NCBI GenBank assembly: GCA_963762435.1
Contig: CAVXLN010000011.1
Span: 50 to 64,049 of the forward strand
Origin: an uncultured Alphaproteobacteria bacterium
GTDB lineage: Bacteria > Pseudomonadota > Alphaproteobacteria > ATCC43930 > CGMCC-115725
Length of the DNA stretch: 64,000 bases
Reading direction: 5' to 3'
The notes below the pieces were generated by a model, which made no database searches, was not told where the DNA came from, and saw only the letters and a program-made list of their open reading frames with translations. Of this stretch, positions 27,162 to 37,808 are shown piece after piece (the stretch's first letter is position 1; every line of letters begins with the position of its first letter). The translations under genes were made by a program, and so were the position numbers.

Positions 27162-28823
27162 TCAGTGCTGCGGCTTGTCGGGTGCAGCCGCCGGATCGTT
27201 ATAGGCGCGCCGGTCGAGCACCACCGACAAGAGCGTGCCCATCCGCTCGACCCGATAGACTTCCTCGCCGGGCAAGGATTTGTCGCAATTGTCCTTGGTG
27301 AAGGCGATGAAGAAGTCGGCATGCGCCGCATCGGTCGTGAAGGTGAAATTGTCCGGGAAGAAATAGTTGGCCGAGATCGGCGGGCCGCAGGCCGCGACCG
27401 TGAAATCGTGATCCTCGAACTCGGCGCCGTACTCGGTCTCGAGATAGTTGGTCAGGCCCTTGACCGCCTCGGCATAGGAATTGGCCCAATAGTCGGTCTT
27501 GAACAGGTGCTCGGCTCCTTTAACCCCGCCGATGAAGCCGTTGTAATAGACATATTCGTCGGGGTGCAGCATCGCCATGATGCCGAGATGAAAGAGGCCG
27601 TAGCAGCCGAGCATGCCCAGGATCACCGGGCGAAAGCGCAGCCCTTCGAGCCGGACGAAGATCCGGTCGGCGACGAGGGCGGCCGCCACCGCGATCGGCG
27701 GCAGCACGAAGATGAAATGGCGCATGCCGTCGAACAGCACCGCCTTGATCGCGACCGCATAGGCGACCGGGAAGATGATCGCCGTGCCGAGCAGCAGATA
27801 CTGGATCGAGCGCGTGCGGTCAGGCCCCTCGGGTGCCCGCAGCTGCGACAAAAAGGCCAAGGGCAGCGCCGCGATCGCCAGCACCAGCGTCAGCTCCGGC
27901 AGCGCCAGCACGATATGGGTCGGCAGATATTCCCAGGGCAGGTCGGTCGCCGGGAAATACTGGCCGGCGAACAGCGTCTTGAACGGGAAGGTCTCGTGGC
28001 TGAATGTCGCCAGCGCCGACAGCGGATGGTCGATCGGATCCTGCTGCGCCCAAGGCCAGAACAGCAGCATCACCGGATATGTGACGAAGAGCGCCGGCAC
28101 GGCCACGCGCCAGAACCCGGTCCAGGCGTCGCCCGCGACGGTCTTGACGCTGCGCGTCTCGACGCCGTGCCACAGGCAGAAGACGAGCCCGGCGAGGCCG
28201 CCATAAGCGAGCAGCAGGAGGCCGCCGACGCGCACGCCGAGCGACAGGCCGATGGCGATGCCCAGCTTGATGACGAGCGAGCGGGGCGGGCGCGGCAGCA
28301 CGGCCACCACGCGGCAGAGATAATAGAGCGACCAGACGGTGCCGACCGCGAAGGGAATGTCCTTCGGGTTGTTGTACATCTGGCCGTAATAGTTCGGGAT
28401 CGTGACCAGCAGCAGAGCGGCCATCAGGCCGGCGCGCGGGCCGGCGAGGAACCGGCCGAGCTTCCAGGCGCCGACGAGGCCGAGCACGCCGGTGAGCCCG
28501 TTCAGCAGATGCCGGGTCTCGTAGGTGCCGAACGGCGAGATCTTGTTGATGAGGGCCGCCGTGGCATCGAAGGCCGCGCCGTAATTGATGAGGTCGAGCC
28601 AATGCAGCGCGCGGCTGTCGCGGAAGAACGAGACGTAATAATCCAGCACGAACACGCCGTACCAATTATGGACGTCCTCGTCCCAGGTCACGCCGTAATC
28701 GTGGAAAGTGAAGATGACGAGCAGCGTGACGAGCAGGAAGAGCCCGAGGGCTGCCCGGTCCCAGTCAAGCTTCAGAAGCCAGCGGCGTGCCGAAGCGGGC
28801 CTGGCAAGGTCGAATATCGTCAT
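27162..28823 (-). CDS. family 39 / ArnT-like lipid-carrier-dependent glycosyltransferase
   Basis: About 12 TM segments. N-terminal loop HDYGVTWDEDVH (DE motif). ATG at 28821-28823 has GAAGGA upstream. The track start at 28826 is a TTG. Confidence 0.85.
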   Translation of the reverse strand: MTIFDLARPASARRWLLKLDWDRAALGLFLLVTLLVIFTFHDYGVTWDEDVHNWYGVFVLDYYVSFFRDSRALHWLDLINYGAAFDATAALINKISPFGTYETRHLLNGLTGVLGLVGAWKLGRFLAGPRAGLMAALLLVTIPNYYGQMYNNPKDIPFAVGTVWSLYYLCRVVAVLPRPPRSLVIKLGIAIGLSLGVRVGGLLLLAYGGLAGLVFCLWHGVETRSVKTVAGDAWTGFWRVAVPALFVTYPVMLLFWPWAQQDPIDHPLSALATFSHETFPFKTLFAGQYFPATDLPWEYLPTHIVLALPELTLVLAIAALPLAFLSQLRAPEGPDRTRSIQYLLLGTAIIFPVAYAVAIKAVLFDGMRHFIFVLPPIAVAAALVADRIFVRLEGLRFRPVILGMLGCYGLFHLGIMAMLHPDEYVYYNGFIGGVKGAEHLFKTDYWANSYAEAVKGLTNYLETEYGAEFEDHDFTVAACGPPISANYFFPDNFTFTTDAAHADFFIAFTKDNCDKSLPGEEVYRVERMGTLLSVVLDRRAYNDPAAAPDKPQH

Positions 28824-28904
28824 CAATCCTTCTACCCGCCATCGCCGGCGGCTTGCCCCAACCAGCGGTGACGGCTAGGCCAGGGCTGTTTTGCGCGATG
28901 GTGC

Positions 28905-28944
28905 TCGAAAACGCAAGGCGACGGTGGATTATTCCATCGTCGCC
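28905..28944 (-). terminator. candidate intrinsic terminator after the DUF4167 gene
   Basis: GGCGACG-G-TGGA-TTAT-TCCA-T-CGTCGCC hairpin, followed on the minus strand by TTGCGTTTTCG. Confidence 0.4.
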
Positions 28945-29002
28945 TGCGCGACCCGTTCAAGCAGTCTGACGGGAAAGGGTTTCTGAAGCGTATATCGCCG
29001 GC

Positions 29003-29416
29003 TCAGCTGCCGGGGGCCGCCACGGCCGTCGCCTCTTCGGGCTGCTCCGCCGCGCCCTGGGGCTGTTCGGACTGCTCCTGGACCTCCGACTGCTCCATCT
29101 CCTGATCCGCCGGGGTCATCGGACGGTTCATATTCTGGCCGGGATTGTCGCCATTCGCGTTCATGATGCGGAAATAATGCTCCGCATGCTGATAGAAATT
29201 CTCCGCCGCGACGCGGTCGCCCGACGAGCCGGCCTCGCGTGCCAGCGCCACATAACGCTCGAACACTTGATACGCATTGCCGCGGATCTTGATACCCGGG
29301 CCGTTGCTGTCAAAGGTCTGCGAGCGGTGCGGAATACGCGGACGGCCGTTGTTGTTTTGATTGTTGTTGGGATTGTTGTTGCGGCCGCGCGACCGTTTGT
29401 TAGGACCTGATCTCAT
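29003..29416 (-). CDS. DUF4167 domain-containing protein
   Basis: RGRNNNPNNN tract, then IKIRGNAYQVFERYVALAREAGSSGDRVAAENFYQHAEHYFRI. Confidence 0.85.
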   Translation of the reverse strand: MRSGPNKRSRGRNNNPNNNQNNNGRPRIPHRSQTFDSNGPGIKIRGNAYQVFERYVALAREAGSSGDRVAAENFYQHAEHYFRIMNANGDNPGQNMNRPMTPADQEMEQSEVQEQSEQPQGAAEQPEEATAVAAPGS

Positions 29417-29593
29417 GGCACCTGTGAGCGGCTAGTTGCAGACTATGTCAATCTTTCAAGGACTTGCCCCGACCCGGCGCATCTCGCGAGATGCAATCTC
29501 GATCCAGGGGCCACGGGGCTGCACCTTTCTGCAGCCTCGGTTGCGATCGTCCTTGCCCGCGACCCTAGACGGGACGGCGGCGCTTTCCAACAG

Positions 29594-30463
29594 TTATTTT
29601 GCGTCTTGCGACCTGCGCTCCCGCCGGGCGACGACGACCCGCTCGATCCCGGCGAGGTCGGCGACAGTTTCGACCCACTCGAAACCCGTCGGCATCGCGA
29701 GATCTGCAACCGAGGCGGCCTGGCCCATCCCGACCTCGAAGCCCGCAAGACCGTCAATCCTCAGCAGGCGGCGGGCCTGCGGCCAAAGCGCCCGATAGGC
29801 TGAAAGCCCGTCGGCGCCGCCATCGAGCGCCAATCGGGGATCGTGCGCCCGCACCTCCGGCTCGAGGGAAGCGATCTCGTCCGAGGGAATATAGGGCGGG
29901 TTCGAGACGAGGATGTCGATGCTGTCGGATGCAATCGCCTCGGCCCAATCGCCGACCAGGAATCGCGCCCGTTCGGCAAGGCCGAGCCGGTCGGCATTCG
30001 AGCGGGCGACCCGCGCCGCCGCCTCCGACCGGTCGACACCGATGCCACGCGCTGCGGGCAACTCGCTCAGCAGCGCCAGCAGGATGCAGCCGGTGCCGGT
30101 GCCAAGATCGAGGAGGCGTAACGGTGCTGCCCGATCGGGGATCCGCCGCAGCACCGAATCGACCAGCGTCTCGGTATCGGCGCGTGGGTCGAGCGTGTCC
30201 GGCGTCACCCTGAAATCGAGGCTCCAGAATTCCCGCCCGCCCAGGATGCGCGCGATCGGCTCCCGCGCGAGCCGGCGGCCAAGGAGCGCCTCGAATTGTT
30301 GCATTGCCGCGGGATCGACCTCGCGCTCGGGCCAGCCCATCAGCACTGTCATGGCCAGCCTGGCGGCATGGCCGAGCAGCAGCCTCGCCTCGCGCAGCGG
30401 CGCCTCGACGCCGGCGGCGGCCAGCCGGCGCGCCGCCGCATCGACGAGCTCGCCGATCGTCAC
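29594..30463 (-). CDS. prmC: release-factor glutamine N5-methyltransferase
   Basis: [10 protein letters not shown] and VSNPPYI motifs. The GTG start overlaps the prfA stop. Confidence 0.9.
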   Translation of the reverse strand: MTIGELVDAAARRLAAAGVEAPLREARLLLGHAARLAMTVLMGWPEREVDPAAMQQFEALLGRRLAREPIARILGGREFWSLDFRVTPDTLDPRADTETLVDSVLRRIPDRAAPLRLLDLGTGTGCILLALLSELPAARGIGVDRSEAAARVARSNADRLGLAERARFLVGDWAEAIASDSIDILVSNPPYIPSDEIASLEPEVRAHDPRLALDGGADGLSAYRALWPQARRLLRIDGLAGFEVGMGQAASVADLAMPTGFEWVETVADLAGIERVVVARRERRSQDAK

Positions 30464-31551
30464 GCGATCTCGGCCAGCTTCGCCGCCTGATCCTCGGCGA
30501 TCAGCGCCTCGACGAACTCGTCGAGCGCCTCGCCGCTCATCACCTTCTCGATCTTGTAGAGCGTCAGGTTGATGCGGTGATCGGTGACACGGCCTTGCGG
30601 GAAATTATAAGTCCGGATGCGCTCCGACCGGTCGCCCGATCCGACCTGGCTCTTGCGGTCGGCCGCGCGCGCGGCGTCGAGCGCCTGACGCTCCAGGTCG
30701 TAAAGCCGGGCGCGCAGCACTTTCAAGGCCTTGGCCTTGTTCTTATGCTGCGATTTCTCATCCTGCTGGATCACGACAAGACCGGTCGGCAAGTGCGTGA
30801 TTCGCACCGCACTATCGGTCGTATTGACCGACTGGCCGCCAGGCCCGCTCGACCGATAGACATCGATCCTGAGATCCTTGTCCTCGATCTGGATATCGAC
30901 CTCTTCCGCCTCGGGCAGCACGGCCACCGTCGCGGCCGAGGTGTGGATGCGGCCCTGCGTTTCGGTCTCGGGCACGCGCTGGACGCGATGGACGCCGGAT
31001 TCGAATTTGAGGCGCGCGAAGACGCCGGCACCCGTGATCGAGGCGGTCGCCTCCTTGTAGCCGCCGATGCCGGTTTCGGCGATGCTCATCACCTCGAAGC
31101 GCCAGCGGTGCAGCACGGCATAGCGTTGATACATCTGGAAAAGCTCGGCCGCGAAAAGGGCCGCCTCGTCGCCGCCGGTGCCGGCGCGGACCTCGAGGAT
31201 CGCATTCTTCTCATCCGCCGCATCCTTCGGCAGCAGCATGATCTGGACCGAGCGTTCGAGCCCGGGAATGCGCTCCTTGAGCGCCAGGAACTCCTCCTCG
31301 GCGAGCGCTTTCAGCTCCGGATCGCTGTTGTCGGCGACCATCTGGGCGAGATTCCTCATCTCCTCCTGTGCCGAGCGAAGCTCGTCCAGGCTTGCCACGA
31401 TTGGCGACAAGTCGCTGAATTCCTTGGAAAGTTTGGCAAAGCTTCCGGCATCGAGCGTGCTGGCGAGCAAATCGCGCAGCTCGGCATGCCGGCGAGCGAG
31501 CCGGTCGAGCTTGTCGTCGAGGGGTGAACGGTCGGTCATGGTGTCTTCCAT
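30460..31551 (-). CDS. prfA: peptide chain release factor 1
   Basis: PEAEEVD and [19 protein letters not shown] motifs. Start is at 31551 or 31539. The longer track ORF runs into REP hairpins. Confidence 0.95.
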   Translation of the reverse strand: MEDTMTDRSPLDDKLDRLARRHAELRDLLASTLDAGSFAKLSKEFSDLSPIVASLDELRSAQEEMRNLAQMVADNSDPELKALAEEEFLALKERIPGLERSVQIMLLPKDAADEKNAILEVRAGTGGDEAALFAAELFQMYQRYAVLHRWRFEVMSIAETGIGGYKEATASITGAGVFARLKFESGVHRVQRVPETETQGRIHTSAATVAVLPEAEEVDIQIEDKDLRIDVYRSSGPGGQSVNTTDSAVRITHLPTGLVVIQQDEKSQHKNKAKALKVLRARLYDLERQALDAARAADRKSQVGSGDRSERIRTYNFPQGRVTDHRINLTLYKIEKVMSGEALDEFVEALIAEDQAAKLAEIA

Positions 31552-31554
31552 CGA

Positions 31555-31654
31555 CCCTCGCCCGCCTGGCGGGAGAGGGTGGCGAGCCAAGGCGAGCCGG
31601 GTGAGGGTGAGCGCCCCACCCTCACCCAACCCTCTCCCGCCACGCGGGAGAGGG
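31555..31654. repeat. three tandem REP-like palindromes
   Basis: 31555-31579 (CCCTCGCCCGC.../GCGGGAGAGGG, 1 mismatch), 31599-31627 (GGGTGAGGGTG/CACCCTCACCC), and 31630-31654 (CCCTCTCCCGC-CAC-GCGGGAGAGGG). Confidence 0.6.
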
Positions 31655-31668
31655 CTTATCCTACCTCG

Positions 31669-32913
31669 CTATCGGAACGGTGCCAGGGCCGCCTGGATAT
31701 CGGTCAGTGCCACCTCATGCTGCTCGCCCTTGTCGAGATCGCGCAGCATGACAATGCCGCGCTCCAGCTCGGCGTCGCCCAGCACCAGCGCTGCCGCGGC
31801 ATTGAGCCGGTTCGCCTGCTTCATGCGCTTGCCGACATTGCCGCCATAGCCCATCTCGATGACGAAGCCCGCCTGACGCAGCGTGTGCGCCAGCTTCATC
31901 GCCGGCAGCTCGGCAGCGTCACCCACCGGCACGATCGCAATCGGCCGCCTCTCCGCCGGCGGCGCGCCGGTCAGCATGGCCAGGCGCTCGATGCCGCCGG
32001 CCCAGCCGACGGCCGGCAGGTCCGGCCCGCCCATCAGCGCCATCAGTCCGTCATACCGGCCGCCGCCCAGCACCGTGCCTTGGGCACCCAGCTCCGTGGT
32101 GATGAACTCGAATGCCGTGTGGCAGTAATAATCGAGCCCGCGCACCAGCCGCGGATTGACCGTGAAGCCGATGCCGAGCGCATCGAGCCCGCGTCGGACG
32201 GTATCGAAGAAGGTGCCTGATTCGGGATTGAGATAGTCGGCGAAGGAGGGGGCGCCCACCACGATCTCGCGATCGCCCGGATCCTTGGAATCGAGGATGC
32301 GCAGGGGATTGCGCTCGAGCCGGGTGCGGCTGTCTTCGCTCAGGCGCTCGAGATGGCCCGTGAAATACTCGACCAGCACGGCGCGATAGGCCTGGCGGCT
32401 CGCCGTGTCGCCGAGCGTGTTGAGCTCGAGCACGCAGGATTTGAGGATGCCGAGCTGATCCAGGATGTCGGCGCCCAGTGCGATCACCTCGATATCGGCC
32501 TGCGGCTGGGCCGGGCCGATCAGCTCGACCCCGATCTGGCTGAATTGCCGATAGCGTCCCTTCTGCGGCCGCTCATAGCGGAACATGGCGCCGGCATAGA
32601 AGAATTTGAGCGGCAGGGATTGCGTGAGCCCGTTCGACATGACGGCGCGCGCGACCGCGGCGGTACCCTCGGGCCGGAGCGTGATCTCGTCGCCGCCGCG
32701 ATCCTTGAAGCTGTACATCTCCTTGGAGACGATGTCGCTCGTCTCGCCGATCGGCCGCGTGAAGACCTCGGTGAACTCGAAGATCGGCGTCGCGATCTCG
32801 CCGAAGCCATAGCGCTCGGCGCTGAGCCGGGCGGTCTCGATGACACGTCTCTGGCGGCGGGCTTCGGCAGGCAGCACATCCTGCGTCCCGCGCACCGCTT
32901 GCAGCTGGGCCAT
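31669..32913 (-). CDS. hisS: histidine--tRNA ligase
   Basis: MAQLQAVRGTQDVLP start and class II motifs (RPEGTAAVARA, FRYERPQKGRYRQF). Track position 32925 is a TTG. Confidence 0.9.
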   Translation of the reverse strand: MAQLQAVRGTQDVLPAEARRQRRVIETARLSAERYGFGEIATPIFEFTEVFTRPIGETSDIVSKEMYSFKDRGGDEITLRPEGTAAVARAVMSNGLTQSLPLKFFYAGAMFRYERPQKGRYRQFSQIGVELIGPAQPQADIEVIALGADILDQLGILKSCVLELNTLGDTASRQAYRAVLVEYFTGHLERLSEDSRTRLERNPLRILDSKDPGDREIVVGAPSFADYLNPESGTFFDTVRRGLDALGIGFTVNPRLVRGLDYYCHTAFEFITTELGAQGTVLGGGRYDGLMALMGGPDLPAVGWAGGIERLAMLTGAPPAERRPIAIVPVGDAAELPAMKLAHTLRQAGFVIEMGYGGNVGKRMKQANRLNAAAALVLGDAELERGIVMLRDLDKGEQHEVALTDIQAALAPFR

Positions 32914-32979
32914 GATTTCTCTCAATCGCCTGAGCGGCCCCTTGCCAGGGCCGCCGAACCGGGAAAAGCGCTGAAGCGG

Positions 32980-34101
32980 CTATTCCGCCGCTTCTGCCGC
33001 TGCCTTTTCGGCCTCGATCTGGGCCGCCTTCTGCTCGACCAGATGCACCAGATGGTCGACGATGTTCTGGTCCTTGAGCCGATGGTCCGGTTGGCCGGCG
33101 ATATAGACTTGATGCGTGTTGTTGCCGCCGCCGGTGAAGCCGATATCGGTCTCGCGCGCCTCGCCCGGGCCGTTCACGACGCAACCGATCACCGACACCG
33201 TCATCGGCGTGGTGATATGGGCCAGGCGCTCTTCCAGCACCTCGACCGTCTTGATCACCTGGAAATTCTGCCGCGCGCAAGATGGGCACGAGATGAGCGT
33301 GACGCCGCGGCGCCGAAGCCCCAGCGCCTTCAGCATGTCGTAGCCGACCTTGACCTCCTCGACCGGATCGGCCGAGAGCGAGACGCGGATCGTGTCGCCG
33401 ATGCCGGCCCAGAGCAGGGAACCCATGCCAATCGACGACTTGATCGTGCCCATGCGGAGAGCGCCGGCCTCGGTGACGCCGAGATGCAGCGGATAGTCGC
33501 ACGCCTCGGACAGCGCCTGGTAGGCCGCCACAGCGAGGAACACGTCGGACGCCTTGCACGAGATCTTGAACTCGAAGAAGTCGTTATCCTCGAGGATCTT
33601 GGCGTGATTGAGCGCCGATTCGACCATGGCTTCCGGACAGGGCTCGCCATAGCGCTCCAGAAGCTCGCGCTCGAGCGAGCCGGCATTGACGCCGATGCGC
33701 ATCGAGCAGCCATGGTCCTTGGCCGCCTTCACCACCTCGCGCACGCGCTCGGCCGAGCCGATATTGCCGGGATTGATGCGCAGGCACGCGGCGCCGGCCT
33801 TGGCGGCCTCGATCGCGCGCTTATAGTGGAAATGGATGTCGGCCACGATCGGCACCGGCGAGGCGCGCACGATCTCCGGCAGCGCCGCCGTCGATTCCTC
33901 GTCGGGGCAGGAGACGCGGACGATATCGGCACCAGCGGCGGCGGCGGCCGCCACCTGCTCGATCGTCGCCTTGGCATCGCTCGTCAGCGTGTTGGTCATG
34001 GTCTGCACCGAGATCGGCGCATCGCCGCCGACCAGCACATTGCCGACCCTGATCTGACGACTCTTGCGCCGTTGAATATCGCGATACGGGCGCACGCTCA
34101 T
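32980..34101 (-). CDS. ispG: 4-hydroxy-3-methylbut-2-enyl diphosphate synthase
   Basis: [28 protein letters not shown], plus a C-terminal CPSCAR...GCVVNGPGE Fe-S motif. Confidence 0.95.
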   Translation of the reverse strand: MSVRPYRDIQRRKSRQIRVGNVLVGGDAPISVQTMTNTLTSDAKATIEQVAAAAAAGADIVRVSCPDEESTAALPEIVRASPVPIVADIHFHYKRAIEAAKAGAACLRINPGNIGSAERVREVVKAAKDHGCSMRIGVNAGSLERELLERYGEPCPEAMVESALNHAKILEDNDFFEFKISCKASDVFLAVAAYQALSEACDYPLHLGVTEAGALRMGTIKSSIGMGSLLWAGIGDTIRVSLSADPVEEVKVGYDMLKALGLRRRGVTLISCPSCARQNFQVIKTVEVLEERLAHITTPMTVSVIGCVVNGPGEARETDIGFTGGGNNTHQVYIAGQPDHRLKDQNIVDHLVHLVEQKAAQIEAEKAAAEAAE

Positions 34102-34212
34102 GGTCAAGACTTCCGTTTGTGAACCGGTCAGGATGTCATATAGCGCGTTTGATGGGGCGGCAAAAGCCTGGGCGCAGGCGGGGCTCGCCTGTCCCAGGCT
34201 CAAACCGGGCCG

Positions 34213-35313
34213 TCAATGCGCTTGTGTCGCGGCCGGTTCGGATGCCGCATTCGGGCTCGGCGCGGGTGTCGGAGTCGGCGGGTTCAGCAGGCGCTCGGGC
34301 CGCAGCGACATCGTCTTCACCTGGCCGGTCTCGCCGATCGGCGGCAATTGTTTGCCATCGACTTCGACCTGCAGCGCGCCGGCGCTGCCGATCCGCATCG
34401 TCAGATCGTCCTTCTCCGTATAATAGACATCGCCCTTCTTCAACAGCCGGTTCAGCACGACCTTCGGCCCGTCCTTGACGGTGATCCAGGTCGTGGCGGT
34501 GGCCTTCAGCACGACGCGGCCATGCGCATCGGGATTGCCGAAGACATGCTGATCGGGCTTGGCGGCGTCGGGGCCGGGCGTCGCCGCCCCGGCTTGCGTC
34601 GCATCCGGTGTCGGCGTGGCGCTCGGCAGCGGCGTGGGGACAGGAGCGGGCGCTGCCGTCACGACAGCCGGATGCGGCACCGTGCTCGGGATCGCCGGCG
34701 GCGCCGGCGTAGCCCCCGTGATCGGCGCCGGCTGGGCGCCGGCATCGGCGGCAGTGGACGGGGTCGTCGGATGCAGCGTCGGCGGCTCGATGGTCGGCGG
34801 CGGCAGCATGCGAGTCGGCACCGGTTCGACCGACGGCGGTGCGCCATGGGTGCCGGACGAGACATAGTACCAGGTGCCGTAACCCAGCACGCACAGCAGG
34901 ATGGCGATCAGGAACAGCCCGCCGCCCGGAATGCCGCGATCGGTCAGCGGCACGGGGAAGGCGAGCTCCGCCTTGGCGTGCAGCCCGGTCTTCTCGTCGC
35001 GGAACCGGCGCACCAGCTCGGCGCCGTCGAGGCCGAGATATTCGGCATAGGCCCTGAGGAAACCGGTCGCGTATGTGGGGCCCGGCAATCCGGCGACCGA
35101 GTTGCGCTCCAGCGCCTCGAGATAGTCGGGCCGGATCCTGAGGGCGGCACCGACATCACGAATGTCCCAACCGAGCCCTTCGCGGGTCTGGCGCAGCAAC
35201 CCTCCGGCCGTATTGTCGCGGGCCGGCTCGGCCGGTTCGCCGCCATCTGCCTCGGTCGCCGCCAGCGCGCCGCCCGGCGCTCGATTCCGCGTTTTCTGCT
35301 TAAACATTGCCAT
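34213..35313 (-). CDS. RodZ-like HTH / DUF4115 protein
   Basis: HTH LLRQTREGLGWDIRDVGAALRIRPDYLEALE, one TM helix, a Pro/Ala-rich linker, and a C-terminal beta domain. Confidence 0.8.
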   Translation of the reverse strand: MAMFKQKTRNRAPGGALAATEADGGEPAEPARDNTAGGLLRQTREGLGWDIRDVGAALRIRPDYLEALERNSVAGLPGPTYATGFLRAYAEYLGLDGAELVRRFRDEKTGLHAKAELAFPVPLTDRGIPGGGLFLIAILLCVLGYGTWYYVSSGTHGAPPSVEPVPTRMLPPPTIEPPTLHPTTPSTAADAGAQPAPITGATPAPPAIPSTVPHPAVVTAAPAPVPTPLPSATPTPDATQAGAATPGPDAAKPDQHVFGNPDAHGRVVLKATATTWITVKDGPKVVLNRLLKKGDVYYTEKDDLTMRIGSAGALQVEVDGKQLPPIGETGQVKTMSLRPERLLNPPTPTPAPSPNAASEPAATQAH

Positions 35314-35403
35314 GCGCTAAAACCTGTTCTTCACCCTGCCGGGCGGTATTCTCGCCTCTTCTTATCAGCTTTGCCGCACCGCGCCCAGGGCGTGCCGACG
35401 CCG

Positions 35404-37683
35404 TTATAGGCTCACATCATGATCGTGTGCAAAACAGCGCAGCTTCTCGCGTAGGCTGTGGTCCGGCAGGCCGAGCTGACTTGCGAGATAGTGCTGGAGC
35501 GGCTCCAGCACCAGGCTGCGCACCATCGCCTTGACCGGGCCGATCGCCGAGGGCGCCATGCTCAGGCTGCGGAATCCCAACCCGATGAGCGCCATCGCCT
35601 CGATCGGGCTGCCGGCCATCTCGCCGCACAGCGACAGCGGCACGCGAGCGGCATCGGCGATCCGCACGATCTCGGCGAGGCAGGCGAGGGCGGCCGGCGA
35701 CAGCGCGTCATAGCGGTCGGCGAGGCGCGCATTGCCGCGATCCTTGGCGAACAGGAACTGCAAGAGGTCGTTCGAGCCGATCGAGATGAAATCGGCCTGC
35801 CGGCACAGCGCCGGCAGTTGCCAGATCAGCGACGGCACCTCGAGCATGGCGCCGACGCGCAGCCGCTTGGGGATTTTCAAGCCGCGGCGCTGGGCGCCCG
35901 CCGCCTCGAGCGCCAGGATGCCGCGCGCCGCCGCGAACTCGGCCGCCTCGGCGATCATCGGGAACATGATCGAAACCGGCCGCCCGTCGGCCGCGATCAG
36001 GATCGCGCGCAGCTGCTGGCGCAGCATGGCCGGCCGGTCGAGGGCAATGCGGATGGCGCGCCAGCCCATGGCGGGATTCTCTTCAGCCATGTCGGGCAGA
36101 TAGGGCAGCACCTTGTCGCCGCCGATATCGAGCGTGCGGAACACGACCGGCCGGCCGCCCGACTGGTCGATCACCCGGCGATAGAGATCGGCCTGGTCGC
36201 CGACCGAGGGGAAGGTGTTGCGCACCATGAAGGGCAGCTCGGTGCGGTAGAGCCCGATGCCGTCGGCGCCGGTCGCCACGAGCGCCGGCAGATCGATCAG
36301 CAGCCCGGCATTCATATGCAGCGCCACCGTCACGCCATCGAGCGTGGTCGCCGGCAGGCCTCTCAGTGCCTGATAATGCAGCCGGCGGCTCGATTGCTCG
36401 GCGAGCGACTGCTCGACCTGCTGCAGAATATCCTCGCTCGGCCGGATCAGGATCTGGGCATTGTCGCCATCGACGATGATTTGATCGCCTTCCTCGACAT
36501 TGAGGAGCGCGTCCTTGACCCGTCCCACGACCGGAATATCGAGCGCGCGGGCCACGATCGCGACATGCGAGGTGGGCGAGCCTTCCTCCAGCACCAGCGC
36601 CCGGATCTTGCCGCGCTCGTAATCGAGCAGCTCCGCCGGCCCCATCGTGCGCGCGACCAGCACCACATCGTCGGGCAACGCCACGCCGGCCGCGGTCACG
36701 GCCTCGCCCGAGAGATGGTGCTGCAGCCGGTTCGCCAGATCCTCGAGATCGGTCAGCCGCTCGCGGATATAGGGATCGGTGATCTGGTTCATGCGGGCGC
36801 GCGTGTCGTCGCGCACCTTCTGCGCCGCCGCCTCGGCGGTCAGGCCGCTCTTGATCGCCTCGCGAATCCGGCCGAGCCAGCCGCGATCCTCGGCGAACAT
36901 GCGATAGGTGTCGAGAATATCGTGATGCTCGCCGCCATCGCCGAGATCGGATGCCGCGAAGAGCGCATCGATCGCGCGATGCATCTCGGCCGTGGCGCGG
37001 CCGAGGCGGTCGAGCTCGAGCTCCGGATTGTCCGCCACGACCTGGCGGATGACGATGCTCGGCTGGTGCAGCACGGCGGTGCCGATCGCGAGGCCGGGAT
37101 TGAGCCGGACACCGTCGAGCCGGTGCGGCAGCGTCGCGATGCCGTCGGTCCGGTGAAGCTCGGCCGGCGACACGATGCCGCCGCCGGCGACCAGCTCGGC
37201 CAGCACCATGGCGACCGTCTGCAGCGCCTCGATCTCCTCGTCGGCATAAAGGCGCGGATCGCGATTTTGCACGACCAGCACGCCGGTCACCTTGCCCTGG
37301 CGCAGGATCGGCACGCCCATCAGCGACTGATAGATCTCCTCGCCCGTCTCCGGGCGATAGGCGAAGTCGGGATGGCTTTGCGCATCGCTCAAGGCGAGCG
37401 GCCGGGCGGTCGCCCCAATGATGCCGACCAGGCCTTCGCCGAGCCTGAGCCGCGTGCGATGGACCGATTCGGGGAACAGGCCCTCCGTCGCGCTCAGCTC
37501 CAGGATGTCGCCGGCACGCATGAGATATGTCGAGCAGACCTCCGCCTCCATGTCGGCGGCGATGATCTTCACGACCTGGTCGAGCTGCTCCTGCGCCGTG
37601 CCCGGGCCGGCCATGACATCGCGCAGCCGGCCGAGCAAACGGCGGGCGCCGCTGAGCTCAATGCGCTGATCCATCACCGTCAT
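35404..37683 (-). CDS. ptsP: phosphoenolpyruvate--protein phosphotransferase PtsP (EI-Ntr, N-terminal GAF)
   Basis: GAF N-domain, GSPTSHVAIVARA phospho-His region, and C-terminal SIGSNDL and CGEMAG motifs. Confidence 0.9.
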   Translation of the reverse strand: MTVMDQRIELSGARRLLGRLRDVMAGPGTAQEQLDQVVKIIAADMEAEVCSTYLMRAGDILELSATEGLFPESVHRTRLRLGEGLVGIIGATARPLALSDAQSHPDFAYRPETGEEIYQSLMGVPILRQGKVTGVLVVQNRDPRLYADEEIEALQTVAMVLAELVAGGGIVSPAELHRTDGIATLPHRLDGVRLNPGLAIGTAVLHQPSIVIRQVVADNPELELDRLGRATAEMHRAIDALFAASDLGDGGEHHDILDTYRMFAEDRGWLGRIREAIKSGLTAEAAAQKVRDDTRARMNQITDPYIRERLTDLEDLANRLQHHLSGEAVTAAGVALPDDVVLVARTMGPAELLDYERGKIRALVLEEGSPTSHVAIVARALDIPVVGRVKDALLNVEEGDQIIVDGDNAQILIRPSEDILQQVEQSLAEQSSRRLHYQALRGLPATTLDGVTVALHMNAGLLIDLPALVATGADGIGLYRTELPFMVRNTFPSVGDQADLYRRVIDQSGGRPVVFRTLDIGGDKVLPYLPDMAEENPAMGWRAIRIALDRPAMLRQQLRAILIAADGRPVSIMFPMIAEAAEFAAARGILALEAAGAQRRGLKIPKRLRVGAMLEVPSLIWQLPALCRQADFISIGSNDLLQFLFAKDRGNARLADRYDALSPAALACLAEIVRIADAARVPLSLCGEMAGSPIEAMALIGLGFRSLSMAPSAIGPVKAMVRSLVLEPLQHYLASQLGLPDHSLREKLRCFAHDHDVSL

Positions 37684-37808
37684 GGTCGCTCACTTGGATG
37701 AAGAGGCCCCAGCGCGACATGTGGCCGGCAAGTGCCCGAATCAAGGCATCAGCGACAGACTAGCCGATCGGCAATCGGCGTGCCATGAAAGCGTGGCATG
37801 CACGATGT

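Noticed and set aside
26412-28871. 819-aa plus-strand ORF
   Set aside because: It is antisense to the GT39/methyltransferase genes. It has no motifs and Arg/Glu/Asp/His-rich composition.
35458-37701. 747-aa plus-strand ORF. Similar long antisense ORFs lie at 32353-34122, 38305-40182, 50969-52765, 59018-60178, 59800-61275, 3074-4261 and 5518-6774.
   Set aside because: Each lies opposite a gene with unmistakable conserved motifs (ptsP, ispG/hisS, lysC, degP, acyl-CoA synthetase and others). Each translates to low-complexity sequence.
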